A DNA stretch of 64,000 nucleotides from Lachnospiraceae bacterium (lineage in GTDB: Bacteria; Bacillota; Clostridia; Lachnospirales; Lachnospiraceae), in NCBI GenBank assembly GCA_017619615.1, contig JAFZRY010000014.1:26914-90913 (forward strand). Reading direction: 5' to 3'. This document shows positions 9,393 to 19,023 of this stretch, one piece after another; positions within the stretch are counted from its first letter, which is position 1, and the number at the start of each line of letters is the position of its first letter. A program made the translations under genes and the position numbers. Under the pieces are notes generated by a model, which saw only the letters and a list, made by a program, of their open reading frames with translations, made no database searches and was not told the DNA's origin.

Positions 9393-11072
9393 ATGATTAC
9401 GATTCAGGGCAAAGGCGTATCCGCCGGCGTCGCCAGGGGACCTCTGTATTTTTTCCGCCGGGCCAAAAACACCCTGCGCCGCTACGAAGTGGAAGACCGC
9501 GAAGCGGAATGGGCCCGCTTTAAGGACGCGCAGGCAAAAGCCATCGAGCAGCTGGGCGAACTGGCGGAGAAGGCCAGGGTCGAAGCCGGCGACGAGGCGG
9601 CCATGCTGTTTGAAACGCATCAGATGATGTGTGAAGATATGGACTACGAGGAAGCCATCGAAGGCTTCATCAAAGAAAGCGGGCTCAATGCCGAAGCGGC
9701 CGTGACCGACGCCGGCCTGATCCAGGCGGAAGCGTTCGCGGCCATGGACGACGATTATTTCAAGGCCCGCGCGGCCGACGTGAAGGATATTTCCGGCCGC
9801 ATCGTCGGGATCCTTTCGGGCGTGGTGCAGGGCGGCATCGATTCCCCCGTCCCGGTCATCCTGGCTTCCGACGACCTGGCGCCCAGTGAGACGGTCCAGC
9901 TGGACAAGAGCAAGATCCTGGGCTTCGTGACCTCCGGCGGCTCGGGCTCAAGCCATACCGCCATCCTGGCCCGCACGATGGGCATCCCTGCCATCATCGG
10001 CGTGGGCGATAAGCTGAAAGAGGAATACGAAGGCCGGACGGTGATCGCCGACGGCGGCACCGGCAGCGTCGTCGTGGACCCGGATGAAGCGACCGAAGCG
10101 AAGCTGATGGCCAAGCGGGCGGAACTGATGAAGCGGCAGGAGCTTTTAAAGCAGCTCAAAGGCCAGCCGAACGTGACAAAAGACGGCCAGAGCATCCGCA
10201 TCTACTGCAATATCGGCAACCCGGAGGACGTGATCCCGGTCCTGGAAAACGACGGCGGCGGCATCGGCCTGTTCCGCAGCGAATTCCTGTACTTAAACTG
10301 CGACGACTTCCCCACCGAGGAATATCAGTTTGAAGCCTATAAGAAGGTCCTTTCCGACATGGGCGGCAAGGAAGTGGTGATCCGCACCATGGATATCGGC
10401 GCCGACAAGATGATCGGCTACTTCAACCTGCCGAAGGAAGAAAACCCCGCGCTGGGCAACCGCGCGCTCCGCATCTGCCTGAACCGGCCGGAGATCTTCC
10501 ATACGCAGCTGCGGGCCCTGTACCGCGCCTCCGCCTACGGGCGCCTGAGCATCATGTTCCCGATGGTCACTTCCGTCTGGGAGGTGCAGGAAGCCAAAAA
10601 GGCCTGCGAGCAGGTGCGGAAGGAACTGGACGCCGAAGGCATCCCGTATTCGGACGAAGTGGATCTGGGCATCATGATCGAAACGCCGGCGGCAGCCGTC
10701 ATCAGCGACCGGCTGGCGAAGGAAGTGGATTTCTTCAGCATCGGCACCAACGACCTGACGCAGTACACGCTGGCCTGCGACCGCCAGAACAACGATCTGG
10801 GGCGCTTCTTCAACGCGCATCACCCCGCCGTGCTGCGCCTCATCAAACTGGTGGCGGAAAACGCTCACAAGAACGGCATCTGGTGCGGCATCTGCGGCGA
10901 ACTGGGTGCGGATCTGGAACTGACGGAAACCTTCCTGTCCATGGGGCTGGACGAACTTTCCGTATCGCCGCGCGCGGTCCTTCCGTTGCGGCAGAAGGTC
11001 CGTGAGACGGAAGTCGCGGCCTGCCGGGAACGCCTGATGGGCGAACTGATGAGCGATCAGATCACGCTGTAA
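9393..11072 (+). CDS. ptsI: PTS Enzyme I (phosphoenolpyruvate-protein phosphotransferase)
   Basis: GGSGSSHTAILARTMGIPA active-site His region and PEP-utilising C-terminal domain (GTNDLTQY); 559 aa. Confidence 0.95.
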   Translation: MITIQGKGVSAGVARGPLYFFRRAKNTLRRYEVEDREAEWARFKDAQAKAIEQLGELAEKARVEAGDEAAMLFETHQMMCEDMDYEEAIEGFIKESGLNAEAAVTDAGLIQAEAFAAMDDDYFKARAADVKDISGRIVGILSGVVQGGIDSPVPVILASDDLAPSETVQLDKSKILGFVTSGGSGSSHTAILARTMGIPAIIGVGDKLKEEYEGRTVIADGGTGSVVVDPDEATEAKLMAKRAELMKRQELLKQLKGQPNVTKDGQSIRIYCNIGNPEDVIPVLENDGGGIGLFRSEFLYLNCDDFPTEEYQFEAYKKVLSDMGGKEVVIRTMDIGADKMIGYFNLPKEENPALGNRALRICLNRPEIFHTQLRALYRASAYGRLSIMFPMVTSVWEVQEAKKACEQVRKELDAEGIPYSDEVDLGIMIETPAAAVISDRLAKEVDFFSIGTNDLTQYTLACDRQNNDLGRFFNAHHPAVLRLIKLVAENAHKNGIWCGICGELGADLELTETFLSMGLDELSVSPRAVLPLRQKVRETEVAACRERLMGELMSDQITL

Positions 11073-11088
11073 ACGGGACGGCCGGCCC

Positions 11089-11121
11089 GGGGCTGCCGCC
11101 TCACGCGGCAGCCCCTTTTTT
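11089..11121 (+). terminator. Intrinsic terminator after ptsI
   Basis: GGGGCTGCCG-cctcacg-CGGCAGCCCC followed by TTTTTT. Confidence 0.8.
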
Positions 11122-11135
11122 CAGGAAGGCAGCTT

Positions 11136-11603
11136 ATGAAGATCTGCGTGTTTTCGGACTCTCACGGGAGTCCCCTCCGCATGAAGGAGGCTATCCGCCG
11201 GGAAAGACCGGGTTTTGTCCTCTTCCTGGGAGACGGGGAGCGGGACCTGCCCGCGCTGCGGCAGGCGTTCCCGGATCTTCCCCTGCAGGCGGTCCGGGGA
11301 AACTGCGATGCTTTTTCGGAGCTGCCGCAGGAACTTGTCCTGACGCTGGAAGGCGTCCGCTTTTTCCTGACGCACGGCCACCGGTACGGCGTCAAGACGG
11401 ACAGACGGCTGGAGTCCCTGAAGGCCGCGGCGCGGAAAAACAAAGCGCAGGCGGTCCTCTTCGGACATACGCACGAAGCATTTACAGAGTGGGACGGCGG
11501 ACTGCTAATCTTCAATCCCGGGACGGCCGGGGGCTTCCGCCCCACCGGCGGCGTTCTGGAAATACGGGAGGGCAGGATCACGGCCCGCCTGATCGATCTC
11601 TGA
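11136..11603 (+). CDS. YfcE/MJ0936-family metallophosphoesterase
   Basis: MKICVFSDSHG…GDGE…GNCD…THGH…GHTH motif series; 155 aa. Confidence 0.85.
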   Translation: MKICVFSDSHGSPLRMKEAIRRERPGFVLFLGDGERDLPALRQAFPDLPLQAVRGNCDAFSELPQELVLTLEGVRFFLTHGHRYGVKTDRRLESLKAAARKNKAQAVLFGHTHEAFTEWDGGLLIFNPGTAGGFRPTGGVLEIREGRITARLIDL

Positions 11604-11618
11604 TACGGGAGAAATGAG

Positions 11619-12593
11619 ATGACGGAGAAAAAGACGGATGTAACGGCTCTGGGCGAGCTGCTGATCGATTTTGTACAGAGCGGGAGCGGACCGCAGGGGA
11701 ACCCGGTTTTTGAAGCGAATCCGGGCGGCGCGCCGGCGAACGTGCTGGCCATGCTGGCCAAACTGGGCCGCCGCTGCGCCTTCCTGGGCAAAGTGGGACA
11801 GGATGCTTTCGGCGATCAGCTGGAAACGACGGTGAAATCGCTGGGGATCGATACGGAAGGCCTCTGCCGGGACGCGCGGATCCCGACCACGCTGGCGATC
11901 GTGCATACCCTGCCCGGCGGGGACCGGGAGTTCAGCTTTTACCGCAAGCCCGGCGCCGATCTGATGCTGTCGCCGGAAGAAATGGCGGAAGAAAAACTGA
12001 CGGGCTGCCGCATCTTCCACTTCGGGACCCTTTCCCTGACGGACGAGCCCGCCCGCAGCGCCACGCGGAAAGCGGTCGCGCTGGCCCGCGAAGCCGGCGC
12101 CCTGATCTCCTTTGACCCGAACCTGCGTCTTCCGCTGTGGGAGAGCGAAGAGGCTGCGAAGGAGCAGATCCTCTGGGGGATGGCGCAGGCGGACGTCGTG
12201 AAGATCTCGGATAACGAGGTGAGTTTCCTGACCGGAACGGAGGACTATCCGGCCGGGGCGGCCCTGCTGAAGGAAAGATTCCCGAACATCCGGCTGCTGA
12301 ACCTGACAATGGGGGCGGAGGGAAGTCAGGCCTTCTATAACGGCCTGAGCGTTTTTGAACCCGCGCTGCACCGGGGCGGCGTGATCGAGACCAGCGGGGC
12401 CGGCGACACCTTCGGCGCGCTGATCCTGCATTTCCTGCTGGATCACGATTTGGCGGCCCTTTCCGAAGCCGATCTGCACCAAATGTTGCGGACGGCCAAC
12501 ACCGCCGCCTATCTGGTGACGACGAAGCGCGGGGTGATCCCGTCCCTGCCGGAAGAACAAGACATCCGGCGGCTGCTGGAAGAGACCGAATAA
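11619..12593 (+). CDS. PfkB-family carbohydrate kinase, fructokinase-like
   Basis: GGAPANV, DPNLR and GAGDTFGA motifs; 324 aa; lies in a sugar-uptake cluster. Confidence 0.85.
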   Translation: MTEKKTDVTALGELLIDFVQSGSGPQGNPVFEANPGGAPANVLAMLAKLGRRCAFLGKVGQDAFGDQLETTVKSLGIDTEGLCRDARIPTTLAIVHTLPGGDREFSFYRKPGADLMLSPEEMAEEKLTGCRIFHFGTLSLTDEPARSATRKAVALAREAGALISFDPNLRLPLWESEEAAKEQILWGMAQADVVKISDNEVSFLTGTEDYPAGAALLKERFPNIRLLNLTMGAEGSQAFYNGLSVFEPALHRGGVIETSGAGDTFGALILHFLLDHDLAALSEADLHQMLRTANTAAYLVTTKRGVIPSLPEEQDIRRLLEETE

Positions 12594-12614
12594 AACTGAA
12601 GACGACAAAAAAGA

Positions 12615-12649
12615 CCCCGGTGCACCGTGTCGTGCGCCGGGGCCTTTTT
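12615..12649. terminator. Bidirectional terminator between convergent fructokinase and glycerate kinase genes
   Basis: CCCCGGTGCAC/GTGCGCCGGGG stem flanked by AAAAAA (5') and TTTTT (3'). Confidence 0.75.
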
Positions 12650-12674
12650 GCGTGAGTGACTGTCCGTCGGCCGT

Positions 12675-13907
12675 CTACCGCAGCAGCGCCACCGCGACGT
12701 CGTTGACGTTCGTCCCGGTGGGGCCGGTGATGATCAGGCCGCCGGTCTTCTGCAGGGCGTGATAGGCGTCGTTGTCCTGCAGCACCGCATCCACTGTAAG
12801 TCCCTGCGCTGTGAGCTCGCTGACCGTGTCGCCGTCCACGTAACCGCCGGCGGCGTCGGTCGGGCCGTCCGTCCCGTCGCTGCCCACGGAGAAGACCGCC
12901 GCGTTATCCATGCCGCTGATCCCGGCCGCCGCAGCCAGGGCCAGCTCCTGATTCCGGCCGCCCTTGCCGTGACCGGTCAGCTTCACCACGGTCTCGCCGC
13001 CCGCGATAAAGGCCAGCGCCTTGCCGTCTCCCGCATGCGTCTTCAGGATGGATGCCAGGAAACTGCCGGCTTCCTTCGCTTGACAGCAGAGCTGGTCTGT
13101 CAGAAGAATGGGCTCATACCCCAGTTCGGTGCAGACCTTGGCCGCCGCCGCGCAGAGCTCGCGCACGCTGCCGTTGATCTGCGTATGGACGTTGTCCAGG
13201 GCCTTCGGCGTTTCGACCTTCAGCAGCTGGGCCGCCGCTTCGGACATCTTCAGACCGTACTTCTCCGCGATGCGCCGGGCGTCCGTATTGGTGGAACTGT
13301 CGGGGCAGGCCGGGCCGGACGCGATCATGTCCAGCGGGTCGCCCAGAATATCGGACAGGATCACCGCCTCCACCTGAGCCGGGGAGCAGAAGAGCGCAAA
13401 GCGTCCGCCTTTTACCTGGGACAGCCGCTTGCGGATCGTATTGATCTCCACGATATCCGCGCCGCACGCGAGCAGCTGGTTGGTGATGTCCTGCAGTTCT
13501 TCGCCGGAGACCAGCGGCTTTTCAAAAAGCGCGCTGCCGCCGCCGGAGAGCAGGAAGAGCACCGTGTCCTCCGGTTTTAAGCCATCCACCAGGTCCAGGG
13601 CGGCCTGCGTTCCTTTAAAGGAGTTCTCGTCCGGCACGGGGTGGCCGGCCTCATAGCAGTCGAAGTTCGCGATCGGCCCCATCACGTGGTCGTATTTAGT
13701 CACGACGACGCCTTTTTCAATGCGGCTGCCCAGAAAATCCGACGCCGCTTTGGCCATCTGCCAGGCGGCCTTGCCGGCGGCGACCAGCAGGACCCGGCCG
13801 GGGAAGACTTTCCCTTCCAGCGCGCGCCGGACCGCGGCATCCGGCTGGACAGCCGTGATGGCTTCGCGTACGATGGCGTCCGCGTGAGAGCGTAACAACT
13901 GATTCAT
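12675..13907 (-). CDS. Glycerate 2-kinase / hydroxypyruvate reductase-like protein (DUF4147 + MOFRL)
   Basis: GGETVVKLTGHGKGGRNQELALAAA and LLSGGGSALFE motifs. Start moved to MNQLL (GAGGAGG RBS). Confidence 0.85.
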   Translation of the reverse strand: MNQLLRSHADAIVREAITAVQPDAAVRRALEGKVFPGRVLLVAAGKAAWQMAKAASDFLGSRIEKGVVVTKYDHVMGPIANFDCYEAGHPVPDENSFKGTQAALDLVDGLKPEDTVLFLLSGGGSALFEKPLVSGEELQDITNQLLACGADIVEINTIRKRLSQVKGGRFALFCSPAQVEAVILSDILGDPLDMIASGPACPDSSTNTDARRIAEKYGLKMSEAAAQLLKVETPKALDNVHTQINGSVRELCAAAAKVCTELGYEPILLTDQLCCQAKEAGSFLASILKTHAGDGKALAFIAGGETVVKLTGHGKGGRNQELALAAAAGISGMDNAAVFSVGSDGTDGPTDAAGGYVDGDTVSELTAQGLTVDAVLQDNDAYHALQKTGGLIITGPTGTNVNDVAVALLR

Positions 13908-13989
13908 AGTCGGTCCTCCTCTTTTGAGAAAGTGAGTGGGAAAGGCAAAAAAGAAGCGCACCGCTTCGGGCGGCGCGCCTCTTTAAGGT

Positions 13990-15348
13990 TTAGAAGATCA
14001 GGCTCAGCACGAAGATCTCGACGATGGAAGCCAGACCGATGACCAGGGTCATCATGGTCTGGGTCTTATAGCCTTCCTCGGGTTTCATCTCGCCGAAGTT
14101 GGTCACCACCCAGAAATAGCTGTCGTTGGCATGGGAGACCGTCATGGCGCCGGCGCCGATGGCCATGACGACCAGCGCGATCTCAACGGGCTTCACAAAG
14201 CCGAGCACGCTCAGCAGCGGGGCCACGATACCGGCTGTGGTGGTGATGGCCACGGTGGAGGAGCCCTGCGCGGTCTTCAGGATCGCCGCCAGCAGGAACG
14301 GGAAGAAGATACCCATGGCTTCCAGGACGGAGGCGTGTGCGGTGATGAAGTTCACCATGTCGGAGGAGGCGATGACCTTGCCCAGCACGCCGCCCGCGGC
14401 GGTCACGAAGAGGATCGGGCCGACCGTCTTTAAGGTCTCGTTGGTCAGGTTGTAGAAATCCGCTTTCTTGCCGGAGACGAAGAGCAGGACGATCGCGATG
14501 ATCGTACCGACGGCCAGCGCGATGATAGGCGTGCCCAGGAAGAGAGACAGGTCGTTCAGCCCGCCGGTCCACCCGGCCATGGTCGAGATGGAAGAGAGCG
14601 CCATCAGCAGGATCGGGACTACCAGCGGCGCGATCGCCAGCCAGCCGTTCGGGAGCTTGCCGAATTCCGCTTTCAGTTCTTCGTAGGTCTTGACGACCTC
14701 GCCCGTTTCGTTCAGTTCATCCGCACTCTTGATTTTTTTGCCGACTATTTTCGCGAAGATCAGGCCCGCGATCAGCGGGAAGATGGAGCAGAGCACGCCC
14801 ATGCCGATGACCAGCAGCAGGTAATCGCCCGCGCCCAAAGTCTGGGCTGCCGCGATGGGACCGGGTGTCGGAGGGATGAAAACGTGGGCGATGTACAGGC
14901 CGCAGGAGAGGCATACCGTCATCATGACGCTGGAGGTTCCGGTGCGCTTGACCAGCGCCTTGCGGATCGGGTTCAGGATAACGAAGCCGCTGTCGCAGAA
15001 GACGGGGATGGAGACGACCCAGCCCATCAGTTCAATGGCGAGGCCCGGGTTCTTTTCCCCGACCAGTTTGATGACCATGTCGGCCAGTTTCAGGGCCGCG
15101 CCGGTCTTTTCCAGGACGGAGCCGATGAAGGCGCCCAGGATGATCACGATACCGATGGAAGTAAAGGTCCCGGAGAAGCCGGAGCCGATGATCCCGGGGA
15201 TATCGGTGAGTTTGATGCCGGCGACGAGCGCCAGCACGAGCGAAATGCCCATAATGGCCAGGAAGGGATGGACCTTCAGCTTGGAGATGAGCAGGATCAT
15301 GGCAATGATCGCCACGACAAAGGCGATGATCAACGGAATGCCGGTCAT
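13990..15348 (-). CDS. GntP-family permease (gluconate/glycerate:H+ symporter)
   Basis: 12-14 TM protein with the PPTPGP motif typical of GntP; sits upstream of glycerate kinase in the same operon. Confidence 0.85.
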   Translation of the reverse strand: MTGIPLIIAFVVAIIAMILLISKLKVHPFLAIMGISLVLALVAGIKLTDIPGIIGSGFSGTFTSIGIVIILGAFIGSVLEKTGAALKLADMVIKLVGEKNPGLAIELMGWVVSIPVFCDSGFVILNPIRKALVKRTGTSSVMMTVCLSCGLYIAHVFIPPTPGPIAAAQTLGAGDYLLLVIGMGVLCSIFPLIAGLIFAKIVGKKIKSADELNETGEVVKTYEELKAEFGKLPNGWLAIAPLVVPILLMALSSISTMAGWTGGLNDLSLFLGTPIIALAVGTIIAIVLLFVSGKKADFYNLTNETLKTVGPILFVTAAGGVLGKVIASSDMVNFITAHASVLEAMGIFFPFLLAAILKTAQGSSTVAITTTAGIVAPLLSVLGFVKPVEIALVVMAIGAGAMTVSHANDSYFWVVTNFGEMKPEEGYKTQTMMTLVIGLASIVEIFVLSLIF

Positions 15349-15473
15349 AAAAAATTACCTCCTTACGTTCCCTGTTTGCGGTTTTTTACGCAAATTTACT
15401 TTGTCTTTATTTTCGCATCCCGGAGAAAGAAAGTCAAGACGGGAATTGAAATCAGAGCCCGAAGTCCCGGCTT

Positions 15474-16607
15474 TTATGCGAATTGTTCCGCCACCAGCGT
15501 AAAGGCCAGCTGCAGGCCGGGCTTTAAGGAATCGATGCGGAGCCATTCTTCCCGGGTGTGTTCGCCTTCGCCTTCGTAAAGGCCGAAGGTGAGGGCGGGG
15601 ATGCCGAGGGAGAGGGGGAGATTGGCGTCGGTGGAGCCGGAGCGGGGGACGATCTCCGCGCCGGTGACGGAGCGGACGGCGCGCGCGCAGCGGTCCCAGA
15701 GGGCGCGGGCGGCGGCGGGGTCGACTTCGCTGCCGCAGGGGCGCTCGCCCAGGAGGTCCCGGGAGAACGAGGCGTCGCTGCCGGCGGCGGTCTGCGCGGC
15801 CGCGAGGATATCGAAAAACTGCGCCCGCATCATCGCGAGGGCTTTTTTGTCGTCGGAGCGGTACTCGTACAGCATTTCCGCCTCCTGGGCGATGGAGTTG
15901 ACGGTGGTGCCGCCGCGGATGACGCCCGCGTTGTAGGTGGTGTGCTGGCCGGCCCAGTCGGGGAGAGCCTGCTCGTACAGGCGCGAGATCAGCAGGGCGA
16001 GGCGGTGGATCGCGCTCGGCGCGCCGAAATCGCTGAAGGAATGGCCGCCGCGGGTGCGGACGGTGACGCGCCAGCGCTCCGAGCCCACGGCCCGGCAGAC
16101 GACGCCGCCCGGCATCGTGCAGTCGAAGGAGACGACCTCTTTGACGCGGCCGGCCCAGTCCTTCATGATCTGCCGCACGCCTTTCAGGTTGCCGAGCCCT
16201 TCCTCGCAGCTGTTGAACACGAACAGCACGGGCTGCACGGGGGTGCGGCCGAGGTCCAGGAGGCGGCGGATAACGGTCATCAGCGCGGCCGCGTTGGCCG
16301 TGTCGTCGCCCACGCCCGGCGCGTACAGGATCCCGCCCTCCTCGCGCACCGGCAGCGGCGTCAGGTCCGGGAATACGACATCGGTGTGTGCCATGTAGAC
16401 GGTGATATCGTCCCGGTCTTCGCAGCCCAAGGGCAGCACGACGTTCTTTGCCTCATCGATATATGCGCCGGCGGCCCCGGCCTTCTCCAGCCAGTCCTTA
16501 ATGAACGCCGCCCGCTCGTCCTCGTGGTGTGACGGCGCGGGGATCGCCGCCAGGGTCTTCAGAAGTGCGAGATGGGAGTCAAAACAGTCATCGATCCAGT
16601 TATCCAT
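15474..16607 (-). CDS. M20-family metallopeptidase (ArgE/DapE/PepT-like)
   Basis: HTDVVF, GVGDD and CEEGLGNLKG metal-ligand motifs. Start moved to MDNWIDD (GAGG RBS). Confidence 0.8.
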   Translation of the reverse strand: MDNWIDDCFDSHLALLKTLAAIPAPSHHEDERAAFIKDWLEKAGAAGAYIDEAKNVVLPLGCEDRDDITVYMAHTDVVFPDLTPLPVREEGGILYAPGVGDDTANAAALMTVIRRLLDLGRTPVQPVLFVFNSCEEGLGNLKGVRQIMKDWAGRVKEVVSFDCTMPGGVVCRAVGSERWRVTVRTRGGHSFSDFGAPSAIHRLALLISRLYEQALPDWAGQHTTYNAGVIRGGTTVNSIAQEAEMLYEYRSDDKKALAMMRAQFFDILAAAQTAAGSDASFSRDLLGERPCGSEVDPAAARALWDRCARAVRSVTGAEIVPRSGSTDANLPLSLGIPALTFGLYEGEGEHTREEWLRIDSLKPGLQLAFTLVAEQFA

Positions 16608-16736
16608 GTTCGAACCTCGTTTGGTAAAACCTTCTTCCCACATTATATTACACCCGTCCCGAAACACAAGAAAAAGATAGGCAGCGGCGGGGGTTCTGTG
16701 CTATGCTATAGGGGCCGGGCATCCGTCCCGGAAAGA

Positions 16737-16759
16737 TGACGGCGGAACGTCCCCTGTCA
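16737..16759. repeat. Degenerate copy of the dispersed TGACA…TGTCA palindromic repeat
   Basis: TGACGGCGGAACGTCCCCTGTCA, in a divergent promoter region where it cannot act as a terminator for either flanking gene. Confidence 0.45.
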
Positions 16760-16790
16760 TCCGCATCCTTGCTGTTTGAGGAGGTTTATC

Positions 16791-17252
16791 ATGGAATACG
16801 AACTGTGGGCGAAATCGCTGCGTGAGCTGGTGCGGGAGGTGCCGTGGCCGGTGGCGAACATGGCGAATGCGGCGGCATTTATTTATGAGACGGTGGAGCG
16901 CCTGAACTGGGCGGGGTTTTATAAGACGGAGCGGAACGCGGCGGGAGAGCCGCTGCTGGTGCTGGGGCCGTTCCAGGGACGCCCGGCGTGTATCGAGATC
17001 CCCTGGGGGCGCGGCGTGTGCGGCACGGCGGCGGCGCAGGACCGGCCGCTGAAGGTGGATGACGTGCACGAATTCCCGGGGCACATCGCCTGCGACGCGG
17101 CCTCCGCCTCGGAGGTGGTCGTCCCGCTGCACAACAGGGCGGGCGAGGTGATCGGCGTCCTGGACCTGGACAGCCCGGAACCCGCGCGCTTCACGGACGA
17201 GGACTTCGCCGGCCTCATCGGCTTCGCGCGGGTCATTGAGGAGTGGATATAA
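16791..17252 (+). CDS. GAF domain protein, free methionine-(R)-sulfoxide reductase-like (MsrC/YebR family)
   Basis: WAGFY…GRGVCGTAA…HIACD motifs. Start at MEYEL with GAGGAGG RBS. Confidence 0.8.
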   Translation: MEYELWAKSLRELVREVPWPVANMANAAAFIYETVERLNWAGFYKTERNAAGEPLLVLGPFQGRPACIEIPWGRGVCGTAAAQDRPLKVDDVHEFPGHIACDAASASEVVVPLHNRAGEVIGVLDLDSPEPARFTDEDFAGLIGFARVIEEWI

Positions 17253-17305
17253 AACCGGTGGCGGGCCGATTATCTGCCGGCCCGGATTTGTGAAAAAATA
17301 ACAAC

Positions 17306-17345
17306 CAGTGCCGGGCGGGGTCTTTCTCCCCATGGCACTGTTTTA
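17306..17345. terminator. Bidirectional terminator between the GAF gene and the rhomboid gene
   Basis: CAGTGCC…GGCACTG stem with TTTT downstream on the plus strand and a T-rich run downstream on the minus strand. A second 7-bp hairpin lies at 17262-17284. Confidence 0.6.
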
Positions 17346-17363
17346 ATTTATGCCGCGCGGCGC

Positions 17364-17990
17364 TTACCAGCGCCGGCGGTCGTAGAGATATTGTCCCGGA
17401 AAGACTTTGAGCAGGAGAATGGCCGTGAGGAAGCCGACAAAGAGGCCCGAGAGGTGGGCGATGTCGCTGACGGCTTCGTTGACGCCGTGGTAGAGGGAGA
17501 GGATGAGCATGAGGATGACCTGGCCGAGGGACAGCGCGCCGATCCATTCGCGGGCGAAGAGGCCGGCGAAGATCATGGCCCCCATGAGGCCGAAGATGGC
17601 GCCGGACGCGCCGGCGGAGAGGACTTCCTCGTCCATGCGGTAGTGCCACAGGAACGTGATGGCGTTGGCGCCTACTCCGGAGACCAGATAGATCAGCGCC
17701 AGCCGCAGATGCCCGATCCCCTTTTCCAGCACCGTGCCCAGCGCGAACAGCACCAGCAGGTTGCTGGCCAGGTGCTCGAAGCCGAAATGCAGGAACATGG
17801 CGGTGAACATCCGCCAGTATTCGCCGTCCTCGCTGATGGAGGAGGTCAGCATGGCGCCCCAGCGGTACATGTGCCAGGTGCTTTCGGACGAGCCGCCGAT
17901 CTCCGTCAGCAGAAAGACGACGAAATTGATCACCATCAGGCCGATGGTGACGTACGGCGTGTATTTGATCCTCTGCAGCAGCCGGCGCAT
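17364..17990 (-). CDS. Rhomboid-family intramembrane serine protease
   Basis: GASGAIFGLMG (catalytic Ser) and AHLSGLFVG (catalytic His). Start at MRRLLQ, 1 nt after the upstream stop codon. Confidence 0.85.
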   Translation of the reverse strand: MRRLLQRIKYTPYVTIGLMVINFVVFLLTEIGGSSESTWHMYRWGAMLTSSISEDGEYWRMFTAMFLHFGFEHLASNLLVLFALGTVLEKGIGHLRLALIYLVSGVGANAITFLWHYRMDEEVLSAGASGAIFGLMGAMIFAGLFAREWIGALSLGQVILMLILSLYHGVNEAVSDIAHLSGLFVGFLTAILLLKVFPGQYLYDRRRW

Positions 17991-17991
17991 C

Positions 17992-19023
17992 TTAGTTCCC
18001 CTGCAGGACCGGCCCGGAATTCTGGGCATAGATCATGGCCGCCAGCGGCGCGGTGCCGAAATCCAGGATGACCCAGCCGGTCTTGTCCGGCAGGCCCTGG
18101 TACATGAGCAGCCGCTTGTTCAGGTCCTTCGCGTATCCGTACGGATGGCCCACTTTCCCGTTCCCGCTGGTGCTCAGGAAGTTCAGCACGGCGGTGTTTT
18201 CATTATATTCCGCGTTCTTTATGCCTTCGCGGAAGGCGGCCCACTTTTCGTCAGACTGGTATTTATAGCGGTCCTGCACCCAGAGGGTGTAACTGCCGTT
18301 CGGCTCCGCGGCGGTGTTCAGTTCGGTGTTTTCTTTATTTCCCTGGTCCTTCCAAATCAGCGGGATGCCGGATTCTTCGCCGAAGCCCGCCTCGTCCTCA
18401 TAGCGGCGCAGCAGCACCAGTTTGCCGCGCGCTTCCTCCAGCGTGGGGAAGCGGTCCGTCAGGAGCCAGACGGACGGGGCGGTGTTGATGTAGCGGTGGA
18501 GCATCTGCTGGAATTCTTTCACGCTTTCGCTGCCGTCCTCCTGTTTGACCGCGAATAGCACGGTCTCGCCCGGGTGCTCGCGCAGGAAGCTGCGGCACTC
18601 GTCCAGCACGTCCTCCAGATACAGGTTCGTGGAGAAGATCTGGTTGCCCTTTTTGCAGCGCATGCTGCCGTGGGTCAGGATCAGTTTGTCCTTGTCCACG
18701 GCCAGGCGGATGTCCAGGTAGCGGAAGCCGGCTTCGAGCTGCTTCAGGATGGGCTTGCTCTGGCATTTTGCGAAATAGGCCATCTCCACGTAGGCCGCGG
18801 CGGAATCGTGCGTGCCGGGGATGGAGAGTTCATTCAGGCGCGCGTCGTCCGGCAGGGAGGCCATCCAGTCGGCGGAGCCGGCGACGGTCTCGCCCCTGTC
18901 GCGTTCGAAAATAGGCGCCAGGAACACGTAGCCGCCCGCGAAGAGCAGGAGGAGCAGGACGGTGAGGCCGAGGATCATGACGGCCCGGCGGCCGCCGGAA
19001 ACCGTGGAGAGGCGTCCTTTCAT
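17992..19023 (-). CDS. Membrane-anchored PI-PLC X-domain protein (phosphatidylinositol-specific phospholipase C-like)
   Basis: N-terminal TM helix, then IPGTHDSAA and YLDIRL motifs of the PI-PLC X domain. AAGGAG RBS. Confidence 0.75.
   Translation of the reverse strand: MKGRLSTVSGGRRAVMILGLTVLLLLLFAGGYVFLAPIFERDRGETVAGSADWMASLPDDARLNELSIPGTHDSAAAYVEMAYFAKCQSKPILKQLEAGFRYLDIRLAVDKDKLILTHGSMRCKKGNQIFSTNLYLEDVLDECRSFLREHPGETVLFAVKQEDGSESVKEFQQMLHRYINTAPSVWLLTDRFPTLEEARGKLVLLRRYEDEAGFGEESGIPLIWKDQGNKENTELNTAAEPNGSYTLWVQDRYKYQSDEKWAAFREGIKNAEYNENTAVLNFLSTSGNGKVGHPYGYAKDLNKRLLMYQGLPDKTGWVILDFGTAPLAAMIYAQNSGPVLQGN

Noticed and set aside
13908-13989. GC hairpin between gntP and the glycerate kinase gene as an operon-internal terminator
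   Set aside because: The stem GCGC(A)CCGC/GCGG(C)GCGC is imperfect and has no U-tract on the transcribed (minus) strand. It is more likely a processing or stability element, or nothing.
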